A stretch of 64,000 bases of DNA. It comes from an uncultured Solirubrobacterales bacterium (GTDB taxonomy: Bacteria > Actinomycetota > Thermoleophilia > Solirubrobacterales > 70-9). The translations under genes and the position numbers were made by a program. The stretch is from assembly GCA_963782345.1 (NCBI GenBank), contig CAWAJF010000008.1, forward strand, positions 67,946 through 131,945, written 5' to 3'. Below are positions 40,313 to 49,683 of the stretch, piece by piece (within the stretch, counting starts at the first letter, position 1; the number at the start of each line of letters is the position of its first letter). Below the pieces are notes generated by a model. That model was given only the letters and a program-made list of their open reading frames with translations. It did no database searches and was not told the DNA's origin.

Positions 40313-41715
40313 CGGCCCTCCGATCCGTCGACGAGAGCCTCGGCAAGCTTGTAGACGTCCCCCGCCCCGATCGTGATCAGGACGTCTCCATCGGCGAGGC
40401 GCGGCCGCAGGGCCTGGGCCGCGAGCTCCGCCGTCGGCAGCCACCAGACGCGGCCTCCGCGAGCATGGTCTGCGGCTGCAGTCGCGACCATCATCCCGCT
40501 GACGCCGGCGAGGCGGCCGACCGGCTCCTCGCGGGCCGGGTAGACGTCGAGGACGGCCACCTCGTCCGCGGCCGCCAGGGCCGCGCCGAACTCCGTGGCG
40601 AGCGCCTTGGTCCGCGAATACAGATGCGGCTGGAAGGCGACGATCAGCCGCCGAGGTTCGAGGTCGCGGGCAGCCTCCAGGGTGGCCGCGACCTCTGTCG
40701 GGTGGTGGGCGTAGTCGTCGTAGATCCGGGCGCCGCGCGCCTCGCCCTTCAGCTCGAGTCGCCGGGCGACCCCGGGGAAGTCCGCGAGAGCCTTCGCGCA
40801 TGCCTCTACGTCGGCGGAGGTGAGGGAAAGACCCCCCAGTGCCGCGAGCGCGTTGGCGACGTTGTGCCGCCCCGGCACTCGCAGGGACACCTCCGCGCCG
40901 ATTCCTCCGCCGCGCGCTTGGAAGCGGGTGCCCCCGCTCGGCTCGGGGGCGAGGCCGGTGGCCAGCAGCTCGGCCTCCCGGGCCGGCTCTCCGGCCGGCG
41001 GCTCGAGAGCGAAGCGGACGATGCGCTGTCCCTCCCGGCCGGGCAGGCGGACGTCCGCGCCCGTCACCAGCGCGGCGGCCGGCGAGGCGAAGGCGGCGAA
41101 CGCCTCGGAGAGCTCCGCGAGGGAGCTCCAGCGCGAGTGATGGTCGAGCTCGAGGTTGGTGATCACCGCCACCTCGGGCTGGAGCTTCAGGAAGCTGGCG
41201 TCGCTCTCGTCGGCCTCGGCGACGACCCACTCCCCCTCACCCCAGCCGGCGTTGGTGGGCTCGCCATCGGCGGCGGCCCCCGGGAGCTCGCCACCGAGGA
41301 AGAACGCCGGGTCCGCTCCGGTTGCCCGCAGCGCCCAGATGCACATCGCCGCGGTCGTGGTCTTGCCGTGGGTACCCGCGATCGCCAGGAGGCGGCGCCG
41401 AGAGCACAGCTCGGCGAGGAGCTCGCCGCGATGGATCACGTGCTGGCCGCGCTCGCGGGCGACCGCCAGCTCGGGGTTGTCCTCCGGGACGGCCGTCGAG
41501 ACGATCACGTCCGCATCCGGGGGGACCTGGCCGGCGTCGTGGCCGAGATGGGGCGCGATGCCCTCCGATCGCAGCCGCTCCATATATGAGGACTCGGCGC
41601 GGTCCGAGCCGCTCACCTCCGCGCCCAGCCGGCGGCAGACCAGCGCGAGCCCGCTCATGCCGGCACCGCCGATCGCAACGAAGTGGAGCCGCCGGCCCTT
41701 CATCGCCTCAGGCAT
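40309..41715 (-). CDS. murC: UDP-N-acetylmuramate--L-alanine ligase
   Basis: 468 aa with HFVAIGGAGMSGLA and the P-loop IAGTHGKTTT. Confidence 0.9.
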   Translation of the reverse strand: MPEAMKGRRLHFVAIGGAGMSGLALVCRRLGAEVSGSDRAESSYMERLRSEGIAPHLGHDAGQVPPDADVIVSTAVPEDNPELAVARERGQHVIHRGELLAELCSRRRLLAIAGTHGKTTTAAMCIWALRATGADPAFFLGGELPGAAADGEPTNAGWGEGEWVVAEADESDASFLKLQPEVAVITNLELDHHSRWSSLAELSEAFAAFASPAAALVTGADVRLPGREGQRIVRFALEPPAGEPAREAELLATGLAPEPSGGTRFQARGGGIGAEVSLRVPGRHNVANALAALGGLSLTSADVEACAKALADFPGVARRLELKGEARGARIYDDYAHHPTEVAATLEAARDLEPRRLIVAFQPHLYSRTKALATEFGAALAAADEVAVLDVYPAREEPVGRLAGVSGMMVATAAADHARGGRVWWLPTAELAAQALRPRLADGDVLITIGAGDVYKLAEALVDGSEGR

Positions 41716-42799
41716 GTATCGCCTCCAGTACCTCCCGGGCGATCCGCTGCGCCGCGTCTGGCTTCGCCAGGCGGCGTGCCGCGATCCCCATCTCGCGGAG
41801 CCGATCCTCGTCGCCGAGCAGGTCGGCGATCGTGGCGCTCAGTCGCTCCGGCGACAGCTCGCGGTCTGGAATCACGACGGCCGCGCCGCCGTCGGCCATC
41901 CAGCGGGCGTTGGTGGTCTGGTGGTCGGCGGTTGCATGGGGATACGGAATCAGGATGGCGGGACGGCCCACGGCCGCGATCTCCATCACGGAGCCCCCGG
42001 CGCGAGCGACCACCAGGTCGGCTGCGGCCAGGACGTCCCCGAGGTCGGGCTCGTATTGCAGCAGCGTGTAGCGCTCGGGCCTCCCCTCCTCGTCCCAGCG
42101 GCGGCGCAGCTCGGCGTAGTCGCGGCGCCCGACGACGTGCAGGACCCAGGGCTGCCCGACGTGGTCGCCGGGCAGGCGCGGGAATGCGTCGAAGGCGGCC
42201 AGGTTGATGGAGCGCGCGCCGAGGCTGCCGCCCACGACGGTGACGCAGTCGGCGGGCCCCGGGATCCCGAAGCGGCGGCGGGCGACGGTTGCCTCCGCCT
42301 CCAGGACCGGCCGGGGCACCGGCCTCCCGGTCACCACGTACGGATCACCGTCACGCCCTGGGATCGGGAAGGCCAGGCAGATCCGCTCCGCCCGGGGGGC
42401 GAGCATCCGGTTGGCGAGGCCGAGGTGGCTGTCGGCCTCGGTGAGGACCAGCGGGAGGCCCATCCTGATCGCGGCCAGGCCGGCCGGCCCGGCGACGTAG
42501 CCGCCGCCACCGAGGACCACCTCGGCGCGGCGCCTCTCCAGCGCGCGGCGGGCGGCACCGACGGCACGGCCCGCGCGGACGGCCGCGGCAGCCGCCTTCA
42601 AGGGGTTTCGGCGGTCCAGGCCGCTGACGCGCAGGTAGTCGATCTCGTACCCGGCCGCGGGGACGAGATCCGCCTCGGCTCGCTCGCGCGTTCCGAGGAA
42701 GCTGACCTCGGCGCCCTCAGCCCGAAGCGCGTCGGCGACGGCGATCGCCGGCACGACGTGTCCCGCCGTGCCTCCGGCCGCTATCACGACTCGTGCCAC
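41708..42799 (-). CDS. murG: undecaprenyldiphospho-muramoylpentapeptide beta-N-acetylglucosaminyltransferase
   Basis: 363 aa with the start MARVVIAAGGTAGHVVPAIAVA. Confidence 0.9.
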   Translation of the reverse strand: MARVVIAAGGTAGHVVPAIAVADALRAEGAEVSFLGTRERAEADLVPAAGYEIDYLRVSGLDRRNPLKAAAAAVRAGRAVGAARRALERRRAEVVLGGGGYVAGPAGLAAIRMGLPLVLTEADSHLGLANRMLAPRAERICLAFPIPGRDGDPYVVTGRPVPRPVLEAEATVARRRFGIPGPADCVTVVGGSLGARSINLAAFDAFPRLPGDHVGQPWVLHVVGRRDYAELRRRWDEEGRPERYTLLQYEPDLGDVLAAADLVVARAGGSVMEIAAVGRPAILIPYPHATADHQTTNARWMADGGAAVVIPDRELSPERLSATIADLLGDEDRLREMGIAARRLAKPDAAQRIAREVLEAIHA

Positions 42800-44021
42800 T
42801 CGCTGAGCGCTTTCTTCTGGTGTTGTTTCCGCCCTCGACGACGCGCAGTCTCGCAGGGCGCGCGGAGCTGCCGCGGCCGGAGCCGCTGCGCGCCGCCGCC
42901 TTGGCGGGTCGCCGGGCGACGTTCAGGATCAGGCCGGCTGCCGCCAGCGTGATCACGAGACTGGTCCCTCCATATGAGACGAATGGAAGAGGTACTCCGG
43001 TGAGCGGCGCGAGCCCGAGCACCGCGAAGAGGTTGAGGGCCGCCTGGGCCATGATCAGCGAGGTGAGCCCCGCCGCGAGCAGCTTGCTGAAGCGATCCCG
43101 GGCACGATGCGCCGCCCGCAGGCCGGCGTAGCCGAACATCCCGAAGAGGCCGACCAGCACGAACATCCCGACGAGCCCGAGCTCCTCGCCGATCACCGCC
43201 GCGATCATGTCGGTGTGCGCCTCGGGCAGATAGGAGGCCTTCTGCACGCTCTGTCCGAGACCGACTCCGGTGAGCCCGCCGGAGCCCACCGCGAGGGTGG
43301 CCTGCTTCGCCTGGAACCCGGCGCCGGTCGTGTCGCTGCCGGGATGGAGGAAGGCGGTAAGGCGGGCCTCCTGGTAGGGCTGCATCGCGATCATGACGAT
43401 CGCGACGAGGGCGATCACGGCGCCGACGGGCGCCAGCGTCCGCGGCTTGACCCCAGCGAGGAAGAGGACGCAGCAGACGGCGAAGGAGACGACGATCGCG
43501 GTGCCGAGGTCCGGCTCCTTGGCGATCAGCAGCACGGAAAGCCCGACCATCAAGAGGTACGGCCCGAGTCCGGCGAGCGTCCGGACCCGCTTCGGCTCCG
43601 CGGAGAGCAGGTGAGCGCCGTAGAGGATCAGCGCGACCTTGGCCAGCTCGGAGGGCTGGAACTGCACCAAGCCACCGCCGATCCAGCGCTGCGCGCCGTT
43701 CACCGTCGTCCCGACGCCGGGCAGGAGCACCGCGAAGAGCAGGAACATCGACCCGAGCACGATCATCGGCGTGAGCGCCCTGACGGCGGCGACCCCTCGC
43801 ACGGAGGCGATCCTCATCGCGAACAGGCCGATCGCGCCGAAGATCAGGGTTCGCTCGAGGTAGTAGAAGCCGCTGCCGCCGCTGCTGAGCAGCGAGCGCG
43901 CGGAACTGGCGCTGAAGACCATCACGGCGCCGAAGGCGAGGAGGCACAGGGTCGCGGTGAGGAGCAGGGAGTACTCCATCGGCGGCGGAGCCGGCTTGCG
44001 CCCCTTTGCCGTTGCGGTCAC
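42717..44021 (-). CDS. ftsW: SEDS-family peptidoglycan glycosyltransferase / lipid II flippase FtsW
   Basis: 434 aa, polytopic, with conserved SEDS regions (QPSELAK, PEAHTDMI, PFVSYGGTS). The basic C-terminal tail overlaps the murG start by 83 nt. Confidence 0.85.
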   Translation of the reverse strand: MTATAKGRKPAPPPMEYSLLLTATLCLLAFGAVMVFSASSARSLLSSGGSGFYYLERTLIFGAIGLFAMRIASVRGVAAVRALTPMIVLGSMFLLFAVLLPGVGTTVNGAQRWIGGGLVQFQPSELAKVALILYGAHLLSAEPKRVRTLAGLGPYLLMVGLSVLLIAKEPDLGTAIVVSFAVCCVLFLAGVKPRTLAPVGAVIALVAIVMIAMQPYQEARLTAFLHPGSDTTGAGFQAKQATLAVGSGGLTGVGLGQSVQKASYLPEAHTDMIAAVIGEELGLVGMFVLVGLFGMFGYAGLRAAHRARDRFSKLLAAGLTSLIMAQAALNLFAVLGLAPLTGVPLPFVSYGGTSLVITLAAAGLILNVARRPAKAAARSGSGRGSSARPARLRVVEGGNNTRRKRSASGTSRDSGRRHGGTRRAGDRRRRRASG

Positions 44022-45415
44022 GAGAGCTCCTCCACCAGCTCGCGGAAGCGGTCGCCGCGCGCCTCGAAGTCCTTGAAGGCGTCGAAGCTGGCGCAGGCCG
44101 GGGAGAGGAGCACGACCTCCCCGGGCTTGGCCTCGGCGGCCGCGGCCTCGAGGGCTCGCTCCAGCGTGCCCCGGTCGGAGGTCTCGACGCCGGCCTCGGC
44201 GGCGGGCGCCAGCTCCGTGGCCATCCGCTCCGCGGCCTCGCCGATCAGATAGACGGCGGCGCAGCGCTCCCTGACGGCCTCCGCGAGGGGCGCGAAGCTC
44301 TCCTGCTTCGGGCGGCCGCCCGCGATCAGCCGCACGCCGCCGTCGAAGGCGCGGATTCCCGCCAGCGCCGAGGCGACGTTCGTCGCCTTGGAGTCGTTGA
44401 CGTAGAGGACGCCATCCAGCTCCCTGACCCGCTCGAGGCGGTGGCGCACGCCCGCGAAGGTCCGCATGCCCTCGGCCACCGCGTCGCGCGGCAGCCCGGA
44501 GGCGAGCGCCGCAGCGGCGGCGGCCATCGCGTTCTCCACGTTGTGCGCGCCGAGGAGCTGGAGCTCATCCGCGCGCAGCAGGGGCTCGTCGGCGGCGAAG
44601 ATCACGCCATCGCGCATGCTGAGCTCGCAGTCGGGGTCGGCGGAGCCTGATCCGGCGGTGTTTGTGGCCGGCGTTGATGGTGGACAGAAGCGAATGCGCC
44701 GGGCGCAGCCGCCGAGGTCGCGCCCCTCCAGCTCCGGCGTCTGCCCGTTGTAGACGGCGGAGTCGTCGTTGCCCTGGTTGGCGAAGACCCTGAGCTTCGC
44801 CGCCAGGTACTCCTCGAGCGTGCCGTGGCGGTCGAGGTGGTCCGGCGCGAGGTTGATGAAGACCGCGCACTCGGGTGAGAAGTAGTTGATGTCCTCGAGC
44901 TGGAAGCTCGAGGACTCGCAGACCACGGTCGCGTCCGGGTCGATCGCGCCGGCGAGCGAGGCGAGCGGCGTGCCCACGTTGCCGGCGACGGCGACCGGGC
45001 GGCCGGCGGTCCGGTAGACGTGACCGATCAGCTCCGTCGTCGTGGTCTTGCCGTTGGTGCCGGTGACGGCGCAGAACGCGTTCGGGATCAGCCGCCAGGC
45101 GAGCTCGAGCTCGCCGGTGACCTCGATGCCCCGAGCCCGCGCCCCCTGGACGACGACGGCATCCTGAGGCACACCGGGGCTCTTCACCACCGTTCGGGCA
45201 CGATCGAGTTGCCGTGTTCCGTCCACGCCCAAACTGACTTCGACGCCTGAGGCCTCGAGCCCTGCCGCCTCCTCGGGGGTACCCGAATCGACGCCGACCA
45301 CGGCCTCGCCACGCTCGGCCAGCGCGCTGGCGATGGCCGCGCCCGAGCGAGCCAGGCCCACCACCAGGAAGGGCCCTTTGGGCAGCGGAGGACGCGGCTT
45401 CTCGCCTGAGTTCAC
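44018..45415 (-). CDS. murD: UDP-N-acetylmuramoylalanine--D-glutamate ligase
   Basis: 465 aa with VVGLARSG and the P-loop VTGTNGKTTT. GTG start at 45415. Confidence 0.9.
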   Translation of the reverse strand: MNSGEKPRPPLPKGPFLVVGLARSGAAIASALAERGEAVVGVDSGTPEEAAGLEASGVEVSLGVDGTRQLDRARTVVKSPGVPQDAVVVQGARARGIEVTGELELAWRLIPNAFCAVTGTNGKTTTTELIGHVYRTAGRPVAVAGNVGTPLASLAGAIDPDATVVCESSSFQLEDINYFSPECAVFINLAPDHLDRHGTLEEYLAAKLRVFANQGNDDSAVYNGQTPELEGRDLGGCARRIRFCPPSTPATNTAGSGSADPDCELSMRDGVIFAADEPLLRADELQLLGAHNVENAMAAAAAALASGLPRDAVAEGMRTFAGVRHRLERVRELDGVLYVNDSKATNVASALAGIRAFDGGVRLIAGGRPKQESFAPLAEAVRERCAAVYLIGEAAERMATELAPAAEAGVETSDRGTLERALEAAAAEAKPGEVVLLSPACASFDAFKDFEARGDRFRELVEELS

Positions 45416-45510
45416 ATAACCATGTTCGCCCCCGGCGCCTCACTCCCTGCGTGCCCAGGCGCGCCTGAAGGTCTTTGGCGACGGTGGATCCTCGGCGCGC
45501 GCAATCCGGC

Positions 45511-45654
45511 ATGTGGGTGCCGACCTACTACGTGATGGCCCGCTGCAAGGCAAAGGCCTGGACGACCACCGAGGTGACGACCTTCTACAGCGGCGAGGTC
45601 CTCAGGGCGACCTCAACCGAGAGGTGCAAGAAGAAGGGATCCAAGAAGAAGTAG
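45511..45654 (+). CDS. hypothetical small Cys/Lys-rich protein encoded opposite to the dcw cluster
   Basis: ATG 45511 to TAG 45652-45654, 47 aa: MWVPTYYVMARCKAKAWTTTEVTTFYSGEVLRATSTERCKKKGSKKK. 43 of 46 codons after the ATG end in G/C, which is a strong coding-like bias. In-frame GTG 45484 and TTG 45475 could extend it. No clear SD. Not in the track because it is under 60 aa. Confidence 0.3.
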   Translation: MWVPTYYVMARCKAKAWTTTEVTTFYSGEVLRATSTERCKKKGSKKK

Positions 45655-45688
45655 CTCTTTGAATCCCCTTTTCCGTGAACGCGGGTGT

Positions 45689-45729
45689 CCCGGCTGCTGG
45701 GCCGTCTTGGTCGACGGGCAGTAGCCGGG
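45689..45729. terminator. long stem-loop between the small plus-strand ORF and the mraY 3' end
   Basis: CCCGGCTGCTG (45689-45699) pairs with CAGTAGCCGGG (45719-45729), giving 11 bp with one G-U. An inner stem forms between CCGTC and GACGG. There is no U-tract on either strand, so terminator function is inferred. Confidence 0.4.
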
Positions 45730-45752
45730 CTCATCCGTCTCGTCACCTCGTC

Positions 45753-46730
45753 CTACGTCCCGATCGACTGCTGGTAGAGCGTGAAGCCGATCCCCGAGCA
45801 GACCGCCGCGATGATCCAGAAGCGGAGCATGATCTTCGTCTCCGACCAGGCCATCAGCTCGAAGTGATGGTGGACCGGGGCCATCAGCAGGACCCGGCGC
45901 CGGAACATCTTGAAGGTCGCCACCTGGAGGGCCACCGAGAGCGCCTCGATCACGAAGATCCCGCCGGTGATGATCAGCAGAATCTCGGTCTGCGTCATCA
46001 CCGCCAGCGCGCCGATCGCGCCGCCCAGGCCGAGCGAGCCCGTGTCCCCCATGAAGATCGACGCCGGAAAGGCGTTGAACCAGAGGAAGCCGATGCACCC
46101 GCCCACCAGGCAGGCGGAGACCAGCGAGAGGCTGTGCTCGCCGGTGGTGATGAACGTGATCGCCGTGTAGGCGAGCAGCACGATCGCGCAGCACCCGGCG
46201 GCCAGCCCGTCGAGCCCGTCGGTGAGGTTGACCGCGTTGCTCGAACCCGCGATCACCAGGAAGATCATCAGCGGGTAGACGGCGTCCGGGATGTCGAGTG
46301 AGGCGTGGGAGATGCGCAGCTCGAGGCTCGAGTCGAGGCCGACCGTGTGGCGAGCGACGTACCAGAGCCCCAGGGCCAGGCCGAGCTGCATGAGCAGCTT
46401 GTAACGAGCGGACAGCCCGAGCGAGCGGCGCCGGGTGATCTTCAGGTAGTCGTCGATGAAGCCGATCGCGGCGCAGCCGATCGCCACGCCGAAGACGGCG
46501 AGGCTCTGGGTGTCGCGGTCCGAGAGCACCAGATAGGGGATCGCCACGGCGGTGAAGATCAGCAGGCCGCCCATCGTCGGGGTGCCGGCCTTCTCGTGGT
46601 GCTCCTCGGGCCCCTCCTCGCGGATCTGCTGGCCGAACTCCCGAAGCCGGAGGTACTCGATGAACTTCGGGCCCAGGAAGATGCAGAGCAGCATCGTGGC
46701 CATGCCGGCGATGAGGATCTCTCCGAGCAT
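45753..46730 (-). CDS. mraY: phospho-N-acetylmuramoyl-pentapeptide-transferase
   Basis: 325 aa, polytopic, with HHEKAGTPTMGG, NAVNLTDGLDGLA and FMGDTGSL. Confidence 0.95.
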   Translation of the reverse strand: MLGEILIAGMATMLLCIFLGPKFIEYLRLREFGQQIREEGPEEHHEKAGTPTMGGLLIFTAVAIPYLVLSDRDTQSLAVFGVAIGCAAIGFIDDYLKITRRRSLGLSARYKLLMQLGLALGLWYVARHTVGLDSSLELRISHASLDIPDAVYPLMIFLVIAGSSNAVNLTDGLDGLAAGCCAIVLLAYTAITFITTGEHSLSLVSACLVGGCIGFLWFNAFPASIFMGDTGSLGLGGAIGALAVMTQTEILLIITGGIFVIEALSVALQVATFKMFRRRVLLMAPVHHHFELMAWSETKIMLRFWIIAAVCSGIGFTLYQQSIGT

Positions 46731-48095
46731 CTAGTTTCCGGTCAGCTTCTCGGCGACGCGCTCGAGGCCGACGGCCCGCGAACCCTTGACCAGGACCGCG
46801 TCGCCCGGTCCCAGCGCCTCGGCAAGGGCATCAGCCGCGGCCTCGGCATCGTCGACGTGGCGATCCGGCTCGTATGCGGCGGCGAGCTCCCCCACCCCGA
46901 TGATCAGCTCGACCCCCCGCTCGCGCGCATGTCTGCCGATCTCGCGGTGGTACGCGGCCGCGTCGGGCCCGAGCTCCCTCATCTCCCCGAGCACCGCGAG
47001 GCGCCGGCCCTTCGCCTCGAGCGTGCCGAGGTGGTCCAGCGCCGCCCGCATGGAGATCGGGTTGGCGTTGTAGGAGTCGTTGATCAGGATGGCGTCCTCC
47101 GGGAGCTCGACGAGCTCCCCACGAAGGCGCGAGAAGACTATCCCGGGCGCCCGATCCGCCATCTCGCCCAGCGGGAACCCGAGCGCGACCCCCGCCGCGA
47201 TCGCCGCCAGGGCGTTGTCGAGGTTGTGCGCCTCGACGAAGGGAAGCTTGAACGCATGCTCGCCGTCCGGCGTGCCCACGAGGGCGTCGGTCTCCCCCGC
47301 CTCCGCGAGCACCCAGGTCGCCTCGACGTCGCCGCCGGCTCCGAAGCGAAGCAGCTTCGGAGCCCGCTCGAGGTGCGGCGCGAGCGGGCCGGGCTCGCCG
47401 GGCACCACGGCCGTCCCGCCCGGGCGCAGGCCGTCGATGATCTCCGCCTTGGCGGCCGCGATCGCCTCGACGGAGCCGAGCAGCTCGACGTGAACCGGCC
47501 CGACGTTCGTGATCACGCCGACGTCGGGTGCGGCGATCGCGCAGAGCTCGGCGATCTGGCCGGGGCCGCGCATACCCATCTCGAGCACCAGCACCTCGGT
47601 TTCCTCCGGGGCCGCCAGCACGGCGAGCGGCAGGCCGATCTCGGTGTTGTAGTTCTCCGGGCTCGCCTGGACCTGAGCCGGCAGGATCGCCCGGCAGACA
47701 TCCTTGACCGAGGTCTTCCCCGTCGAGCCGGTGATCCCCACGACGCGGGCGCCGAGCTCGTCACGCCACCCCCGCGCGAGCGACTGCAGTGACGCGAGGG
47801 GATCCGGAGCGCCCAGGATCCAGCCGGCGCCGTCGAGGGCGGCGCCCTCCCGTCGCTGGGCGGCCAGCTCCCGGCCCCACTGCGTGCCGACCAGGATCCC
47901 CCATGCTCGGTCGCGGAGGGCGGCGGCGCCGAACTCCCCGCCGTCGGCGCGGTCACCCGGCAGGCCGACGAACAGGTCGCCCTCGCGGACCTCGCGGGAG
48001 TCGATCACCGCGCGGTTGGGTCCCACGTCGTCGCCTCGCGCCAGCACCTCCGCCCCCGCCAGCGAGGCGAGCCGGTCACCGTCGAGCGAGATCAA
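46731..48095 (-). CDS. murF: UDP-N-acetylmuramoyl-tripeptide--D-alanyl-D-alanine ligase
   Basis: 454 aa with the P-loop GITGSTGKTS and the Mur ligase middle and C-terminal domains. Confidence 0.9.
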   Translation of the reverse strand: MISLDGDRLASLAGAEVLARGDDVGPNRAVIDSREVREGDLFVGLPGDRADGGEFGAAALRDRAWGILVGTQWGRELAAQRREGAALDGAGWILGAPDPLASLQSLARGWRDELGARVVGITGSTGKTSVKDVCRAILPAQVQASPENYNTEIGLPLAVLAAPEETEVLVLEMGMRGPGQIAELCAIAAPDVGVITNVGPVHVELLGSVEAIAAAKAEIIDGLRPGGTAVVPGEPGPLAPHLERAPKLLRFGAGGDVEATWVLAEAGETDALVGTPDGEHAFKLPFVEAHNLDNALAAIAAGVALGFPLGEMADRAPGIVFSRLRGELVELPEDAILINDSYNANPISMRAALDHLGTLEAKGRRLAVLGEMRELGPDAAAYHREIGRHARERGVELIIGVGELAAAYEPDRHVDDAEAAADALAEALGPGDAVLVKGSRAVGLERVAEKLTGN

Positions 48096-49603
48096 TTGGC
48101 GGCGCTGGTTGCCATCTTGCGGAGCTCCTCGCGCGCCACGTCGCGGTCGTCGAACGGGATCTTCCGCCCGTTCTCGAACTCCTGGCCCTGCTCGTGGCCC
48201 TTGCCCGCGATCACCACGAGGTCCCCATCCTCGGCACGGGCGAGTGCTGAGGCGATCGCCGCGCGTCGGTCGACGTCGATCAGCACCTCGGCGTGCGGGC
48301 TCTCGGGTATGCCCTGGCGGACCATCTCGATGATCGCCTCGGGATCCTCTGATCGGGGGTTGTCGGACGTGACGACCGCGATATCAGACAGCTCCGCCCC
48401 GGCCCTCCCCATCAGCGGGCGCTTCTCGGTGTCTCGGTCGCCGCCGCAGCCGAACACCGTGATCAGACGATGACCGGTCAGCCGTCGCGCCGCTGCGAGC
48501 ACGTTCTCGAGCGAGTCCGGCGTGTGGGCGTAGTCGACGATCACGCCGAAGGGCTGGCCCTCGTCGATCGACTCGAAGCGGCCGGGAACCTGCTCGGCCG
48601 AGGCCAGCGCCCTCGCGGACTCTCCGAGGTCAAGTCCCAGGGCGTGCGCGACGGCCAGGGCCGCAAGGGCGTTGGAGACGTTGAAGTCGCCCGGCAGCGG
48701 TGTCTGCACGTCGATCTCGCCCTCGGGAGACATGCAGAGGAACCGGGAGCCGGAGGGGTCGAAGGCGACGCCGCGGGCGCTGAGGTCGGCCGCGCCGCCT
48801 GCGGCCGAGTAGGTGATGCAGTCGCCGCCGTCACCTGTCGAGAGCTCCTCTGCGAGCCGCTGGCCGTACGGGTCATCGAGGTTCACAACCGAGATGCCGC
48901 CCTCGAGCTCGATCAGCGGGGCTCCACCCTCCCCCATGAACAGGATCCGCTTGGCAGCGAAGTAGTCCTCCATGCCCGCATGGAAGTCGAGATGGTCCTG
49001 GCTCAGGTTGGTGAAGACCTTGACGGCGAAATCGATCGCGTCGGCCCGGTGCAGGACGAGCGCGTGCGAGGAGACCTCCATCGCGCAGGCGTCGTCGCCC
49101 GCCTCGAGCATGCGGGCGAAGGTTCGCTGCAGGTCGATCGCCTCGGGCGTCGTCCGCTCGACGTCCTCGACCTGACCGCCGACCACCTGCCGCACCGTCC
49201 CGAGCAGGCCGCAACGTCTTCCGGCGGACTCCAACAGGTGCCGCACGAGGAACGCCGTGGTCGTCTTGCCGTTGGTCCCGGTGATTCCGATGACGGTGAG
49301 CTCGGAGGTCGGGTCGCCGTTGAAGGTCGCCGCGAATGGCGCCATCGCTGCCCGTGCATCGCCGACCAGCACCTGGGGCGCTTCGAGCTCCAGGGTCCGT
49401 TCGACGACCAGGGCCGCGGCCCCGGCATCGACGGCCGCCGCGGCGAAGTCATGGCCGTCCGTCCTCTCTCCCGGGAAGCAGAAGAACAGCGTTCCCTCGC
49501 TCACCCGGCGGCTGTCATAGGCGAGGCCGCGGACCTCCACGGCCGGATCGCCGCGCAGATCCGCGGCGACGCCAGATGCTCTGAGCAGCTCGCCAAGCTC
49601 CAT
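48092..49603 (-). CDS. murE: UDP-N-acetylmuramoyl-L-alanyl-D-glutamate--2,6-diaminopimelate ligase
   Basis: 503 aa with the P-loop GITGTNGKTTT and the DNPR motif (VTSDNPRSEDP) indicating meso-DAP specificity. Confidence 0.9.
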   Translation of the reverse strand: MELGELLRASGVAADLRGDPAVEVRGLAYDSRRVSEGTLFFCFPGERTDGHDFAAAAVDAGAAALVVERTLELEAPQVLVGDARAAMAPFAATFNGDPTSELTVIGITGTNGKTTTAFLVRHLLESAGRRCGLLGTVRQVVGGQVEDVERTTPEAIDLQRTFARMLEAGDDACAMEVSSHALVLHRADAIDFAVKVFTNLSQDHLDFHAGMEDYFAAKRILFMGEGGAPLIELEGGISVVNLDDPYGQRLAEELSTGDGGDCITYSAAGGAADLSARGVAFDPSGSRFLCMSPEGEIDVQTPLPGDFNVSNALAALAVAHALGLDLGESARALASAEQVPGRFESIDEGQPFGVIVDYAHTPDSLENVLAAARRLTGHRLITVFGCGGDRDTEKRPLMGRAGAELSDIAVVTSDNPRSEDPEAIIEMVRQGIPESPHAEVLIDVDRRAAIASALARAEDGDLVVIAGKGHEQGQEFENGRKIPFDDRDVAREELRKMATSAAN

Positions 49604-49683
49604 CCCGACGCGATTCTAGGAGCGATGCGTGAGGCGGCGGTGCTGCCGCAACCGCCAGGATCAGGTCGGACAGGGTCCCGGGC

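Noticed and set aside
42717-42799. The 83-nt overlap between the ftsW 3' end and the murG start, considered as a sign of a frameshift or mis-assembly.
   Set aside because: Both frames are intact. The ftsW tail is a basic low-complexity extension and the murG start matches the canonical N-terminus. Overlaps of this kind occur in compact dcw clusters.
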